64,000 nucleotides of DNA from an uncultured delta proteobacterium. GTDB lineage: Bacteria; Desulfobacterota; Binatia; Binatales; Binataceae. Position 1 is the first letter of the stretch; every line of letters starts with the position of its first letter. The position numbers and the translations under genes are program-made. The notes below the pieces were generated by a model, which was not told where the DNA came from, ran no database searches, and worked only from the letters and a program-made list of their open reading frames with translations. This document shows positions 1 to 8,460 of this stretch, in pieces. The DNA lies in the NCBI GenBank assembly GCA_963842085.1, contig CAWJET010000002.1, positions 960,001 through 1,024,000 on the forward strand, in the 5' to 3' direction.

Positions 1-794
1 TCATTATGACCGCAAATGAAAATGAGCTGAGTCTTAAGTCGTGACCTTGCGATTCTTCTCGCGATGGTTGCCATCTGGCTTGAGCCGTAGCTGCCAAACA
101 TGACGATGCCCGTCGGCAATTCGGGGTCGAGCCCCAGCCGGCTTCGCTCAGCTTCGCGGCTTAGCTCGATCGGCCTGTAGAACTCAGGACGAACGATCAT
201 TCCCGAGGTGCGAAATACGCGCTCGCGGGCATGCCCCATCGCGATCGCCTGCTCAGCAGCCGTCGCAGTGCCGCAAATCAGGTACTGCTCCTGGCGTTCG
301 ATCCAGAAGTGCGGCGGATAGTCGGCGAGGTCGGTAAGAATCGTGACCATCGGCGTCGCCGGCCGTTCCTGGGTCGCGTCGGCGATGCGCAGGCCTTCCA
401 GGATGGCGTGATTGAAATTGGGGATCATCGAGACCACAAGGTCAGGCTGCGAGCGCTGCCAATGGCGCGCCAGCAACCTGATCATCGCCGGCTCGAATTG
501 CCGGATCAGCATCTGCGTTATGCGCAGCAGCGGACCCGTGCCGACCGTAAGTCCGAATTTGAGTTGCGAGTTGTAGAAGTCCTCGACGCGAACTCCGGTC
601 AGGCGCCGGATCACGTCGGCCGGTTCGAGCAGCTCGCGCAGGTTGACCAGCTTGATCTGCCACGAACGATGCTGTTGCCGTGCCGCCGACATCAGCGCCG
701 TCGCCGAAGCGCGGTGTCCACCGCCGGCATCGAAGTAGATCAGATCGAAGTGCGCATCTTCGTGAGCAGTCGATTCGGGTCGATAAGTCGTCAC
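1..794 (-). CDS. GT28 / MGDG-synthase-like (diacylglycerol glycosyltransferase family) glycosyltransferase, runs off left edge
   Basis: Not in the ORF track (no stop in window). Manual translation from GTG at 794, overlapping the upstream TGA: ...DLIYFDAGGGHRASATAL...PDLVVSMIPNFN...TILTDLADYPPHFW...TSGMIVRPEF...IFICGHN. Confidence 0.8.
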   Translation of the reverse strand, partial: MTTYRPESTAHEDAHFDLIYFDAGGGHRASATALMSAARQQHRSWQIKLVNLRELLEPADVIRRLTGVRVEDFYNSQLKFGLTVGTGPLLRITQMLIRQFEPAMIRLLARHWQRSQPDLVVSMIPNFNHAILEGLRIADATQERPATPMVTILTDLADYPPHFWIERQEQYLICGTATAAEQAIAMGHARERVFRTSGMIVRPEFYRPIELSREAERSRLGLDPELPTGIVMFGSYGSSQMATIARRIARSRLKTQLIFICGHN

Positions 795-1582
795 GCGCTC
801 ACTCCCTGCGAGAGCACTTCGAAGACCGGGCTGCTCCGCTGTGCCGCCCATCGGATGATCCGCAGCGCGCCATCCTGCTCTTCCACCACCGCGGATCGGT
901 TGAGTACCCAATCGCCGTCGTTCACGTATTTGACGCTTCCGATAAATCTGTAATCCGTGCGATGGATATGTCCGCAGATCACGCCGTCGGCGCGATGGTC
1001 GCGGGCGGCAGCAAGCACCGCGCGATCGCGAAAGTCGGTGAGGAACTCGATCGCCTTGCGCGCCGAATCGCGGAAGTATCGGGCGAGCCCGCGGCTCTCT
1101 TCGCAGTCATCTTCGGAATGCCGGTTGTACCAATCGTGAAGCCGCTGCGTTCGCGCGTACGCCTGCGGTCCGATAATCGGGAACAGCCGATTCGGATTGA
1201 GCGAGCCGTCGAACTGATGCCCATGGATGACGAGCATCTTCGCGCCCTCGGCGGTCTTGTGCAGCAGAGAACTTATCGTCGGGAGGCGGCCGAACAGTTC
1301 TTCGACCAGACCGACTTTCGCCTCGTCGTGATTTCCCGGCAGGAAGACCACGTCGACGCCGCCGCGGCTCCAACGCACGACTTCATCGACGAGTTCCTGC
1401 TGCGCGGGACTCCAGTGCCACGACGGTCCCAGGTTCCATCCGTCCACGATGTCGCCGACCAGGTAGAGCGTCTCCGCGATGTGATTCCGTAAAAAGTCGA
1501 GCAGCGCCCTCGCCTTGCATGCGCGCGTCCCGAGATGAATATCCGAGATCCAGATCGTTCGGTAATATGTTCGTTGAACCAT
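791..1582 (-). CDS. Metallophosphoesterase, LpxH-like/PlcP (YbbF-type) family
   Basis: SDIHLG, LVGDIVDGW, PGNHDE, HGHQFD, ICGHIH and NDGDW motifs; start taken at ATG 1582. Confidence 0.85.
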   Translation of the reverse strand: MVQRTYYRTIWISDIHLGTRACKARALLDFLRNHIAETLYLVGDIVDGWNLGPSWHWSPAQQELVDEVVRWSRGGVDVVFLPGNHDEAKVGLVEELFGRLPTISSLLHKTAEGAKMLVIHGHQFDGSLNPNRLFPIIGPQAYARTQRLHDWYNRHSEDDCEESRGLARYFRDSARKAIEFLTDFRDRAVLAAARDHRADGVICGHIHRTDYRFIGSVKYVNDGDWVLNRSAVVEEQDGALRIIRWAAQRSSPVFEVLSQGVSA

Positions 1583-1828
1583 GGCCCGCCCCTCCAACTT
1601 TGCCTCGTGAATTCACACGAGGGCCCCTGCCGCCTGCATCCAGCGATCCGCCGATCAGTTATTCCGTCAAATATGCAATCAGATTGGGTTCAGGATCACC
1701 ATATTGATTAGTTAACTGAGGCTGAAAAATAGAATAGCAAACAATGATAAGTGTGTTAGCAAGTTACTACTCATATATTAACGGAAGGCTACATACTCGA
1801 TCAGCTATTCCAAACTACGCGGCTCCTA

Positions 1829-1890
1829 TCAGAATGACACCCATGGTCGCGCGCGCTGTTTTTCTGTCATCCTGACCGCAGCGAAGGATC
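1829..1890. repeat. REP-like elements of the TCAGAATGAC / TGTCATCCTGA..GAAGGATC type
   Basis: tcagaatgac at 1829-1838 and tgtcatcctgaccgcagcgaaggatc at 1865-1890; related motifs at about 6248, 7099 and 38926. Confidence 0.6.
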
Positions 1891-1964
1891 GCGCGCGCGC
1901 CGGCACGCCTCTCGCCGGCGCCAACGTCGGTCATGCAAGTCTCTTCTTTTGTAGAGGAAAGCCC

Positions 1965-2042
1965 TGGCGTCCCCGACGGGATTTGAACCCGTGTTACCGA
2001 CGTGAAAGGCCGGTGTCCTAGGCCGAGCTAGACGACGGGGAC
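1965..2042 (-). tRNA. tRNA-Glu (TTC)
   Basis: Reverse complement GTCCCCG...ccggc CT TTC AC gtcgg...GGTTCAAATCC...CGGGGAC-G-CCA; acceptor stem, T-loop and encoded CCA present. Confidence 0.97.
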
Positions 2043-2161
2043 GTTAGGCACGGAGCCCGAAAATACGAACGCGCGCCATGCGCGCGCCTGACAGTCGAAA
2101 CTATCAGAGCCGCAAGAAGCGGGGCAAGTCGTCCCGCGCGGGCGGCCTGACTGCGCAAAGC

Positions 2162-3004
2162 TCATCCCGTGAAGTGGGCTTTGCCCACGATTTCAGACAC
2201 AGACTTGTGGCCGTGTTCGCCTAGCATCGAATCCAGCTCGCGATCGATTCGACCCAGCGCGCCCGCGCCTTCCTTCATTAGGGCCGAGCCGACCTGCACC
2301 GCCTTTGCCCCGGTCAGGTGCGCGACGTATGCGTCGCGGCCGGTGTTGATTCCGCCGACGGCCACCACGTCGAGCAGGTTTTCGCTTTCTTCGAAAAACG
2401 CGTGCGCCTGCGACAGCACACGCGGCGGCCCCTGCATTGCCCCGCCGGCGATGTCGATCGCGAGATCTTTCGGCAGATCGTTGGCGCATACCGCAATCGC
2501 GATGCGCATCGACTTGAGCAGGTCCGCGATTGCGCGTGGCTCGAACGGCACGCGCGGCAGCACTTTCACCGCCAGCACGCATCCGGTTTCGCCGCGAACT
2601 CTGCCGAGCAGCGATTTCAGGCGCTCGAAAGACGCAAACGGCGCCACCGATTTTGCCACGTATTCGTCCGCCAGGTTCAACTCCACGATGCTGACGCCGG
2701 CGCGCTCGAGCATGCTCGCGACGTCGATGAATTCCTCCTCGCTGGCGCCGACCACGCTGCCAACGACTTTCTTGCCGCGCGCACCAAGCTCGCGAGCGAT
2801 CGCCGCGAAGTGCTCGACGCCCCGATTCTTCAGGTTCTCCGGCAACTCGAGCCCGGCGCGATTGCACGACTTGAACACGATAGCGCCGCCATGCACCGCG
2901 CACAGCTCGTAGATCTCGCCGCGTTCGGCCGAGCGCGCTCCCGCCGCGTTCATCACCGACGACTGAAGCTCGACGCCGCCCAGTCGAATCGAAGTCCGTT
3001 CCAT
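2162..3004 (-). CDS. Dihydroorotate dehydrogenase family 1-like FMN protein (divergent active site)
   Basis: MNAAG, FKS, VGSV, ELN, AVK and GGINTGRDA..GAKAVQVGSA; catalytic NxSCPN replaced by NLADEY. Confidence 0.7.
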   Translation of the reverse strand: MERTSIRLGGVELQSSVMNAAGARSAERGEIYELCAVHGGAIVFKSCNRAGLELPENLKNRGVEHFAAIARELGARGKKVVGSVVGASEEEFIDVASMLERAGVSIVELNLADEYVAKSVAPFASFERLKSLLGRVRGETGCVLAVKVLPRVPFEPRAIADLLKSMRIAIAVCANDLPKDLAIDIAGGAMQGPPRVLSQAHAFFEESENLLDVVAVGGINTGRDAYVAHLTGAKAVQVGSALMKEGAGALGRIDRELDSMLGEHGHKSVSEIVGKAHFTG

Positions 3005-3085
3005 GCCTACTTCCTACTGCGCGGGTTCGTCTCGCCGCAAGCGGCGGCGTTGTCTAACCAATCGGCTCCCGATAACTTCGACACG

Positions 3086-4066
3086 ATGACCGATACTCCC
3101 ATCTTGATCGCGGGCGCCGGCGCGATTGGCTCGATCATCGGCGGCATGCTGCGCGACGCGGGCCACGACGTCACGCTGCTCGGCCGCCGCGCTCATCTCG
3201 AGGCGATCGAGCGCGGCGGCTTAAGAATATCGGGATTGTTCGGCGAGCGAACCGTCACCGGCATGACGCTGGCCGACGCTCCCGCGAAACTGGGCAGGCG
3301 CTTCGGGCTGGTCCTCTGCGCCGTCAAGAGTTACGACACCGAATCGATCGCGGCGGCCCTGGCCGATCACCTGACGGACGACGGCGTGGTCGTCTCGATG
3401 CAAAATGGACTCGGCAACATCGAGTCGTTGAGCGAAGCGTTCGGACCGCGTCGCGTTCTCGGCGCGCGCGTGATCTTCGGCGCGGAAATGCCCTCGCCCG
3501 GCCGCGCCCACGTGACCGCCTTTGCGCAGCCGGTCGCGATCGGGCCCGCGCCGGCGCTTCATCGCGAGGACTCGGCGGCGCTCGCGACGCGCGCTCGCGC
3601 GATTGCAGCGATGCTCGACGCCGCCGGCGTTCCCACGGTCGGCGTCGACGACATCATGCCGGTGCTGTGGGCCAAGATTCTCTACAACGTGGCGCTCAAT
3701 CCGCTCGGCGCAATCCTGCAGCAGAGCTATGGCGCACTCGCCGGCGATCCGGACGTGCGGGCGATTATGGATCGCGCGATCGACGAGGCGTTCGCGGTTG
3801 CGCGCGCCCTCGGCGTCGCCCTCCCCTTTTCAAGCGCGGCGGAATATCGAAAAGTATTTTACGAGGATTTGCTCCCGCCGACCGCCAGTCATCGGCCGAC
3901 GATGCTGCACGACCTTCACGTTCGCGGGCGCACCGATATCGGCGCGCTGAACGGCAAGATCGTCGAGCTCGCCGATCGCCTCGGCCTCGACGCGGAGACG
4001 AATCGGATACTCACTCGGCTGGTCCGAGCCGCGGAACGCGTCACTGAAAAAGAGGAGAACCGTTGA
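3086..4066 (+). CDS. panE: 2-dehydropantoate 2-reductase (ketopantoate reductase family)
   Basis: GAGAIG, VKSYDT, QNGLG, WAKILYNVALNPL and TMLHDL..RTDIGALNG; true start ATG 3086 inside the longer 2318 ORF. Confidence 0.85.
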   Translation: MTDTPILIAGAGAIGSIIGGMLRDAGHDVTLLGRRAHLEAIERGGLRISGLFGERTVTGMTLADAPAKLGRRFGLVLCAVKSYDTESIAAALADHLTDDGVVVSMQNGLGNIESLSEAFGPRRVLGARVIFGAEMPSPGRAHVTAFAQPVAIGPAPALHREDSAALATRARAIAAMLDAAGVPTVGVDDIMPVLWAKILYNVALNPLGAILQQSYGALAGDPDVRAIMDRAIDEAFAVARALGVALPFSSAAEYRKVFYEDLLPPTASHRPTMLHDLHVRGRTDIGALNGKIVELADRLGLDAETNRILTRLVRAAERVTEKEENR

Positions 4067-4539
4067 AGGCAGCATCGATACGCCGCGCGAGCATGGACGC
4101 GATCATCGCGCAGGCCGAGCGCGAGTACCCGTTCGAATGCTGCGGCTTCATCATCGGCGACAACGAAAACGCGGTCGAAGAGGTGCGCCCGATCGCCAAC
4201 ATCCAGAACCGGATGCACGCGAAGGATCCGGCTGCCTTCCCACGCGACGCGCGCACGGCGTTCCTGATGGAGCCGAAGGAGCATCTGGCGGTGATGAACG
4301 AAGTCGATCGCCGCAAGCTCGCGCTACGCGTCGTTTACCACTCGCATCCCGATCACGACGCATATTTTTCCCCGACCGACCGCGCGCAGGCGTGCTCATT
4401 CGATCCGTCGGAACCCGACTATGCCGACACCGTGTATATCGTGATGTCGATCCGCGCGGGCAAATTCGCCCGCGCCGCCGCCTTCGCCTGGGACTCCGAA
4501 AGAAAGGAGTTCGCTGAAACGCCGCTGACAATCAGTTGA
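4063..4539 (+). CDS. JAB/MPN (M67) metallopeptidase
   Basis: YPFECCG and the JAMM motif YHSHPDHDAYFSPTD; overlaps the panE stop. Confidence 0.9.
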   Translation: MKAASIRRASMDAIIAQAEREYPFECCGFIIGDNENAVEEVRPIANIQNRMHAKDPAAFPRDARTAFLMEPKEHLAVMNEVDRRKLALRVVYHSHPDHDAYFSPTDRAQACSFDPSEPDYADTVYIVMSIRAGKFARAAAFAWDSERKEFAETPLTIS

Positions 4540-4627
4540 TCCGGCTGCCGACAACCGGTCACTGAAATTGTGCGTGAAACGTCGCACGATCCGTGAAAAA
4601 CCCTTGTGCCTATTGAGGTTTAGGATC

Positions 4628-4651
4628 AAAACGTTTCACGTGAAACGTTTT
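4628..4651. promoter_or_regulatory. parS centromere-like site
   Basis: Perfect 24-bp palindrome aaaaCGTTTCACGTGAAACGtttt; core matches the parS consensus tGTTTCACGTGAAACa. Confidence 0.85.
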
Positions 4652-4765
4652 AGTTCAGGAGAACAAAACGCGAAAGTTTTGGGATCGGGTCCGAGCACGC
4701 GATAATCCAGCGGCTTATAAGGGCTCTGAGAACATCCAACGAGCCGCCCAAGCTCAGGTTTAGGG

Positions 4766-4794
4766 TTGACGCCTGTCGCGCGACAGGCGATAAT
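4766..4794 (+). promoter_or_regulatory. higBA sigma70-type promoter with operator palindrome
   Basis: TTGACG-17bp-GATAAT enclosing the perfect 20-bp palindrome cgcctgtcgcgcgacaggcg (4770-4789). Confidence 0.75.
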
Positions 4795-4803
4795 CGCCTT
4801 CAG

Positions 4804-5088
4804 ATGAGTATCCGCTCGATTCGTCATCGAGGTTTGAGGCGGTTGTACAAAAGCGATAATGGCCGGGATTTGCCGTCTTCAATGGTGGAGAAAATCTCCG
4901 ACATTCTGCTGGCGATCGACGAGGCGGCACGCCCGGATGAAGTTGGATTATTCCCAGGCTGGCGACTGCATCCGCTGAAGGGAGAACTGAAGGGGTTTTG
5001 GAGCGTGACCGTGAGCGGAAACTGGCGAGTCATCTTTCGGTTCGAGGAAGGTGACGCATTCGATCTTGATTTTGTCGATTATCATTGA
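4804..5088 (+). CDS. higB: HigB/RelE-like toxin (plasmid maintenance killer type)
   Basis: IRSIRHRGLRRLY...PGWRLHPLKG..KGFWSVTVSGNWRVIFRF..DYH. Confidence 0.9.
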   Translation: MSIRSIRHRGLRRLYKSDNGRDLPSSMVEKISDILLAIDEAARPDEVGLFPGWRLHPLKGELKGFWSVTVSGNWRVIFRFEEGDAFDLDFVDYH

Positions 5089-5108
5089 AGAAGGAGGCGT
5101 TGGGAATC

Positions 5109-5453
5109 ATGGCGATGAAGAATCCTCCGCATGTCGGCGGTTTAATTCGCCGCGAGGTGATCGAGGCTCTCGGATTGACAGTAACCGAGGCCGCGAAGGT
5201 TCTCGGTGTCGGGCGGCAGGCGCTTTCGAGCCTGCTGAATGGGAAAGCGGCGCTTACGAGCGAGATGGGCTTGCGGGTCGAGAAGGCATTCGGGCCGAAG
5301 ATGGAGCATCTGATGCGAATGCAGCTTGCATTCGATCTGGCTCAGGCCCGGAAGAATGAGCACGGGGTCCGAGTGAAACGATACGTCGCGAAGAGAGACG
5401 CGATCGTACGGGATGGTCCCGAAAAAAAGGCGCGCAGCGTATCCACGGCGTAG
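5109..5453 (+). CDS. higA: HigA family antitoxin (HTH_3)
   Basis: MKNPPHVG..LTVTEAAKVLGVGRQALSSLLNGK..MRMQLAFDL; lies downstream of the toxin. Confidence 0.9.
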   Translation: MAMKNPPHVGGLIRREVIEALGLTVTEAAKVLGVGRQALSSLLNGKAALTSEMGLRVEKAFGPKMEHLMRMQLAFDLAQARKNEHGVRVKRYVAKRDAIVRDGPEKKARSVSTA

Positions 5454-5492
5454 CTCTGCTGCCACTGGCCTCCAAGAGCTAGCGTAGCTTCA

Positions 5493-6060
5493 TCACTCGA
5501 AGGCCCTCTTGAAGGGGACGCGATGTAGAAGAAGCGAAAGTTTATCGTCGTGCGTCACGAAAACATCCGCGGCTGCGGCGGCGCAGACTGCGTGTTGTAG
5601 GTCGCGGGAGTCTGAAGCTTTCGGCGACTTCTTCTCGACTGCCGTTCGATAGATGAAAGACATCCCAGCGCCAACCATGGCTCGTACGCTGGGAATCTTC
5701 AAAAGATTGCTTAGCCCTCTCCACTTGCACTCTTCGGCCACACCATAAGACTGAGCGAACACATGAACAAAATCTTCCGCTCCGTCCTCGAAGCATTGAT
5801 CAAAGTCCGGGACCTCATTTGTTTCTTGGAAGTTTTCAAGAGTCCGTGCGAGATTCTCTGACGCCGTCCAGAAGAGCTCGCTTTTGCACCCAGTCCTCTC
5901 CGATGACCGCTTCCAGCTCTTTAGTGCTCAGCGGATTTTCAATAACGCGACCTATCACGTACCGAATTCTGGCTACGGTACGACCGTCCTCGAAGGCGGT
6001 ATTGCCCTCTCGCCATTGTAGGCGAAGTGTCTGATGTCGTCTTCGAGGATGGCACAGATC
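5493..6060 (-). pseudogene. Frameshifted, 5'-truncated PIN-like domain gene
   Basis: C-terminal SDSRDLQHAVCAAAAADVFVTHD is a PIN-like acidic motif; upstream protein-like segments (ILEDDIRHFAYNGE / RVIENPLSTKELEAVIGED / ETNEVPDFDQCFEDGAEDF) fall in different frames. Confidence 0.55.
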
Positions 6061-6075
6061 GCGTCGGATGAAATA

Positions 6076-6213
6076 CTCGCTGGCAGAGACAGAATCCTGA
6101 ATCGCGCGAATAGCGCTGTAATCGGACCCTCACCTTTGATCCTCTCCCTGACAGGGAGAGGGGAAGAAACGCGCAGCGGATTAGGGCGAAGATCTCCCTG
6201 GCAGGGCGAGGGG
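6076..6213 (+). repeat. Composite REP-like repeat, copy 1
   Basis: ctcgctggcagag...cctgaatcgcgcg...gaccctcacc...CCTCTCCCTGACAGGGAGAGG hairpin at 6141-6161; degenerate second hairpin near 6193. Confidence 0.75.
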
Positions 6214-6310
6214 AAAGAAGGAGCCGGGATTCTTCGCCGCGGCGGCTCTGAATCACATCAAGAGAGGACGCGGACTGAACCGACGACAAAGAAGGGGAAC
6301 GAATCCAATC

Positions 6311-6853
6311 CTAGGGTATTTCTTCCGGGGTGGTCATGGCGTCGTTGATTTCGAACCACGAAACGGGGTCTCCGGTTTCGAGTTTTTTGATAACTCGCGT
6401 CGCTTTCCTCGCCTGAATATCGCAGAGCAGGGTAAGCCAGTTTTCATCTTCGCTTCCGAGGTTATTGTGCCACTTCTCATCGTCGAGCGCCTTAGCTTTC
6501 TGCAACTTATCGACTAACTGCGCCCTCAACTCTGGGGAAATATGCCTTGGCGGGACGAATAGCGCGTCGGTTACTTCCGATTGGGCGACATCCTCGTGTT
6601 CCTTCAAATCCTTTATTGCCGAATCCGCCTTGTCGGCTTGCGCAAGGTAGTCGCCTTCCGCGATGGGACCCAGGGAGACATCGTTTGCGTCCTCGAGATC
6701 GGTTTGCCTCGCTTGTTGTAGCTGCTCAATCACCTGCGCTCGCTCTTCAGGCGGCACGACTGCGAACTCTTCATTTGAGCACGATGAGAGAACGAGTAAT
6801 GAGAACGCGATCACCATCGATATGGGAATAAAATCGAAGGTGTGCGATCGCAT
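6311..6853 (-). CDS. Hypothetical lipoprotein with internal tandem duplication
   Basis: Hydrophobic signal peptide with LSSC lipobox; two similar helical units of about 70 aa. Confidence 0.75.
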   Translation of the reverse strand: MRSHTFDFIPISMVIAFSLLVLSSCSNEEFAVVPPEERAQVIEQLQQARQTDLEDANDVSLGPIAEGDYLAQADKADSAIKDLKEHEDVAQSEVTDALFVPPRHISPELRAQLVDKLQKAKALDDEKWHNNLGSEDENWLTLLCDIQARKATRVIKKLETGDPVSWFEINDAMTTPEEIP

Positions 6854-6904
6854 GTTGTTAATCTAATCATTGCTCAGCGTTCCTGTTTCGACTGCGGAAA
6901 GGTC

Positions 6905-7020
6905 CTCGCTGGCAGAGGCGGACCTGAATCGCGCGCGAAGAGTGCGCGCTGAATAACGACCCTCACCTTCATCCTCTCCCTGACAGGGAGAGGGGAAGAG
7001 GGGCGCGGTGGGTTATGCGG
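6905..7020 (+). repeat. Composite REP-like repeat, copy 2 (direct repeat of the 6076 copy)
   Basis: ctcgctggcagag...cctgaatcgcgcg...gaccctcacc...CCTCTCCCTGACAGGGAGAGG hairpin at 6973-6993. Confidence 0.75.
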
Positions 7021-7135
7021 GCTGAGCAAGCATAAAAGGATCTCGGAAGGGCAGAAACACTCGGGAAAGATCCGGGATTCTAACGGGCCTGCAGCCCTTC
7101 AGAATGACAAAAGCGGATTAATGAACAAGAGCGGA

Positions 7136-8443
7136 TTAGGATTCCGAGGCGGTGAATTCTTCTTCCTTGGCGGCCATCTCGAGCGACATGCCGCGGGTTT
7201 CGTCGATCATGAGGCCGAACAGGATGGCGGCGGGGATTCCTACGATCGAAAGTGCGCCGACTACGATCGACATTCCGCCCATCGCGTTGGCCAGGAGTGC
7301 TACCGCGGCGTTCGAGATTACCGAGCCGATCGCGCCGACCAGGGCGAACCAGCCGATCATGGTGCCGCGCAGCGGGGTCGGGAACAGTTCGGTCGCGGCC
7401 GCATTGGCGCCGACTGTGCCGCCGTTGTCGCATACATTGAACCAGAAGTAGCCGCTGGCCAGCCACCAGAACGGCCAGGCGAAATGGGCGGGCGGTCCCC
7501 AGAAGTACCATAGATGTCCGGCGGTGATTGCGACTCCGAAGGCGACCACCGTTGGCACGCGGCCGAATCGCTCCGCCGTCCATGCGCCGAGCGGAAAGCC
7601 CAGCAATCCCAAACCGCCGGCGACGATCGCCATCGTGCTGGTGGCGGCCGCAGACAGGCCGACCACAGAAACCGCGTGATAGTAACCGAACGCGTTCGCG
7701 GCGGTGGTTGAGATATTGGCGGCGAGCGCGCACACGATCATCGTGATCGAACGCTTGCGGTAGAGCGGCTGGAAGACGTCATAGAAGCGGGAGCGGGTGG
7801 TGAACCCGGCCGCGTCAGAAATCTCCCATCGCTCGCTCTCGGGCAACAGCCGCGCCATCGCCGGCAGCATTGCGACGCCCGCCGCCGAAATCACGAACAT
7901 CCATCGCCACGACCATCCGTAGGCGTCGAAGATCGGCATCAGGAATACGCAGAATCCGGCTCCCACCGCGCCCGCCAGGCCGCCGAAGCTCTGGCCGCGT
8001 GCGCGGCGCGCGATCGGCAGTTCCTCGGAGAGCATCACGATACAGCCGGAACCGGCCGCACCGACCATCGCGTAGAGCGCGATCTGAAACATCGTGAACC
8101 AGAGCAACCTGGTCGAAATCGCCGCGCCGATGCTGCAAACGGGAATCGCGGCGACGCACCACAGGATCATGCGGCGGCGTCCGTGGCGATCGATCATCCG
8201 TGAAAGCGCGAGCGCGCCGAAGGCCGACAACGAGATCCATGCGAACAGGCGGGCGATGCCGGCGCCGTCGAGATGGAAGCTCCTGCCGATCCACGGCGCC
8301 GCGACCGAGATAATTGCCGCGGCGAAGCCCTGGTAGAAGAGCATCGCGAGCAACGCAACAATCGTCGCGCGCTCGCGCCGGGCGGAATCGGCGGCCAGCT
8401 GCTCGTCGCTTGAGGGACTCGTCGTCGGCGCGGGATCGCTCAC
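7136..8443 (-). CDS. MFS transporter
   Basis: About 12 TM segments; motif A (IDRHGRRR, AERFGR), LPESERW, ELFPTPLRGT and DETRG; start taken at GTG 8443. Confidence 0.9.
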   Translation of the reverse strand: MSDPAPTTSPSSDEQLAADSARRERATIVALLAMLFYQGFAAAIISVAAPWIGRSFHLDGAGIARLFAWISLSAFGALALSRMIDRHGRRRMILWCVAAIPVCSIGAAISTRLLWFTMFQIALYAMVGAAGSGCIVMLSEELPIARRARGQSFGGLAGAVGAGFCVFLMPIFDAYGWSWRWMFVISAAGVAMLPAMARLLPESERWEISDAAGFTTRSRFYDVFQPLYRKRSITMIVCALAANISTTAANAFGYYHAVSVVGLSAAATSTMAIVAGGLGLLGFPLGAWTAERFGRVPTVVAFGVAITAGHLWYFWGPPAHFAWPFWWLASGYFWFNVCDNGGTVGANAAATELFPTPLRGTMIGWFALVGAIGSVISNAAVALLANAMGGMSIVVGALSIVGIPAAILFGLMIDETRGMSLEMAAKEEEFTASES

Positions 8444-8460
8444 AAAAAAATTCGCGGAGC

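Noticed and set aside
231-1492. Plus-strand ORFs 231-953 and 680-1492
   Set aside because: Shadows of the minus-strand glycosyltransferase and phosphoesterase
1660-1820. AT-rich tract near parS as a possible oriC
   Set aside because: No recognisable DnaA boxes (TTATCCACA) and no dnaA context; more likely a promoter region
1965-2042. tRNA-Glu as an integration site
   Set aside because: No integrase and no duplicated tRNA 3' end seen in the window
6076-7110. Repeats as a CRISPR array
   Set aside because: Only two long imperfect copies separated by a gene; no regular spacers or cas genes
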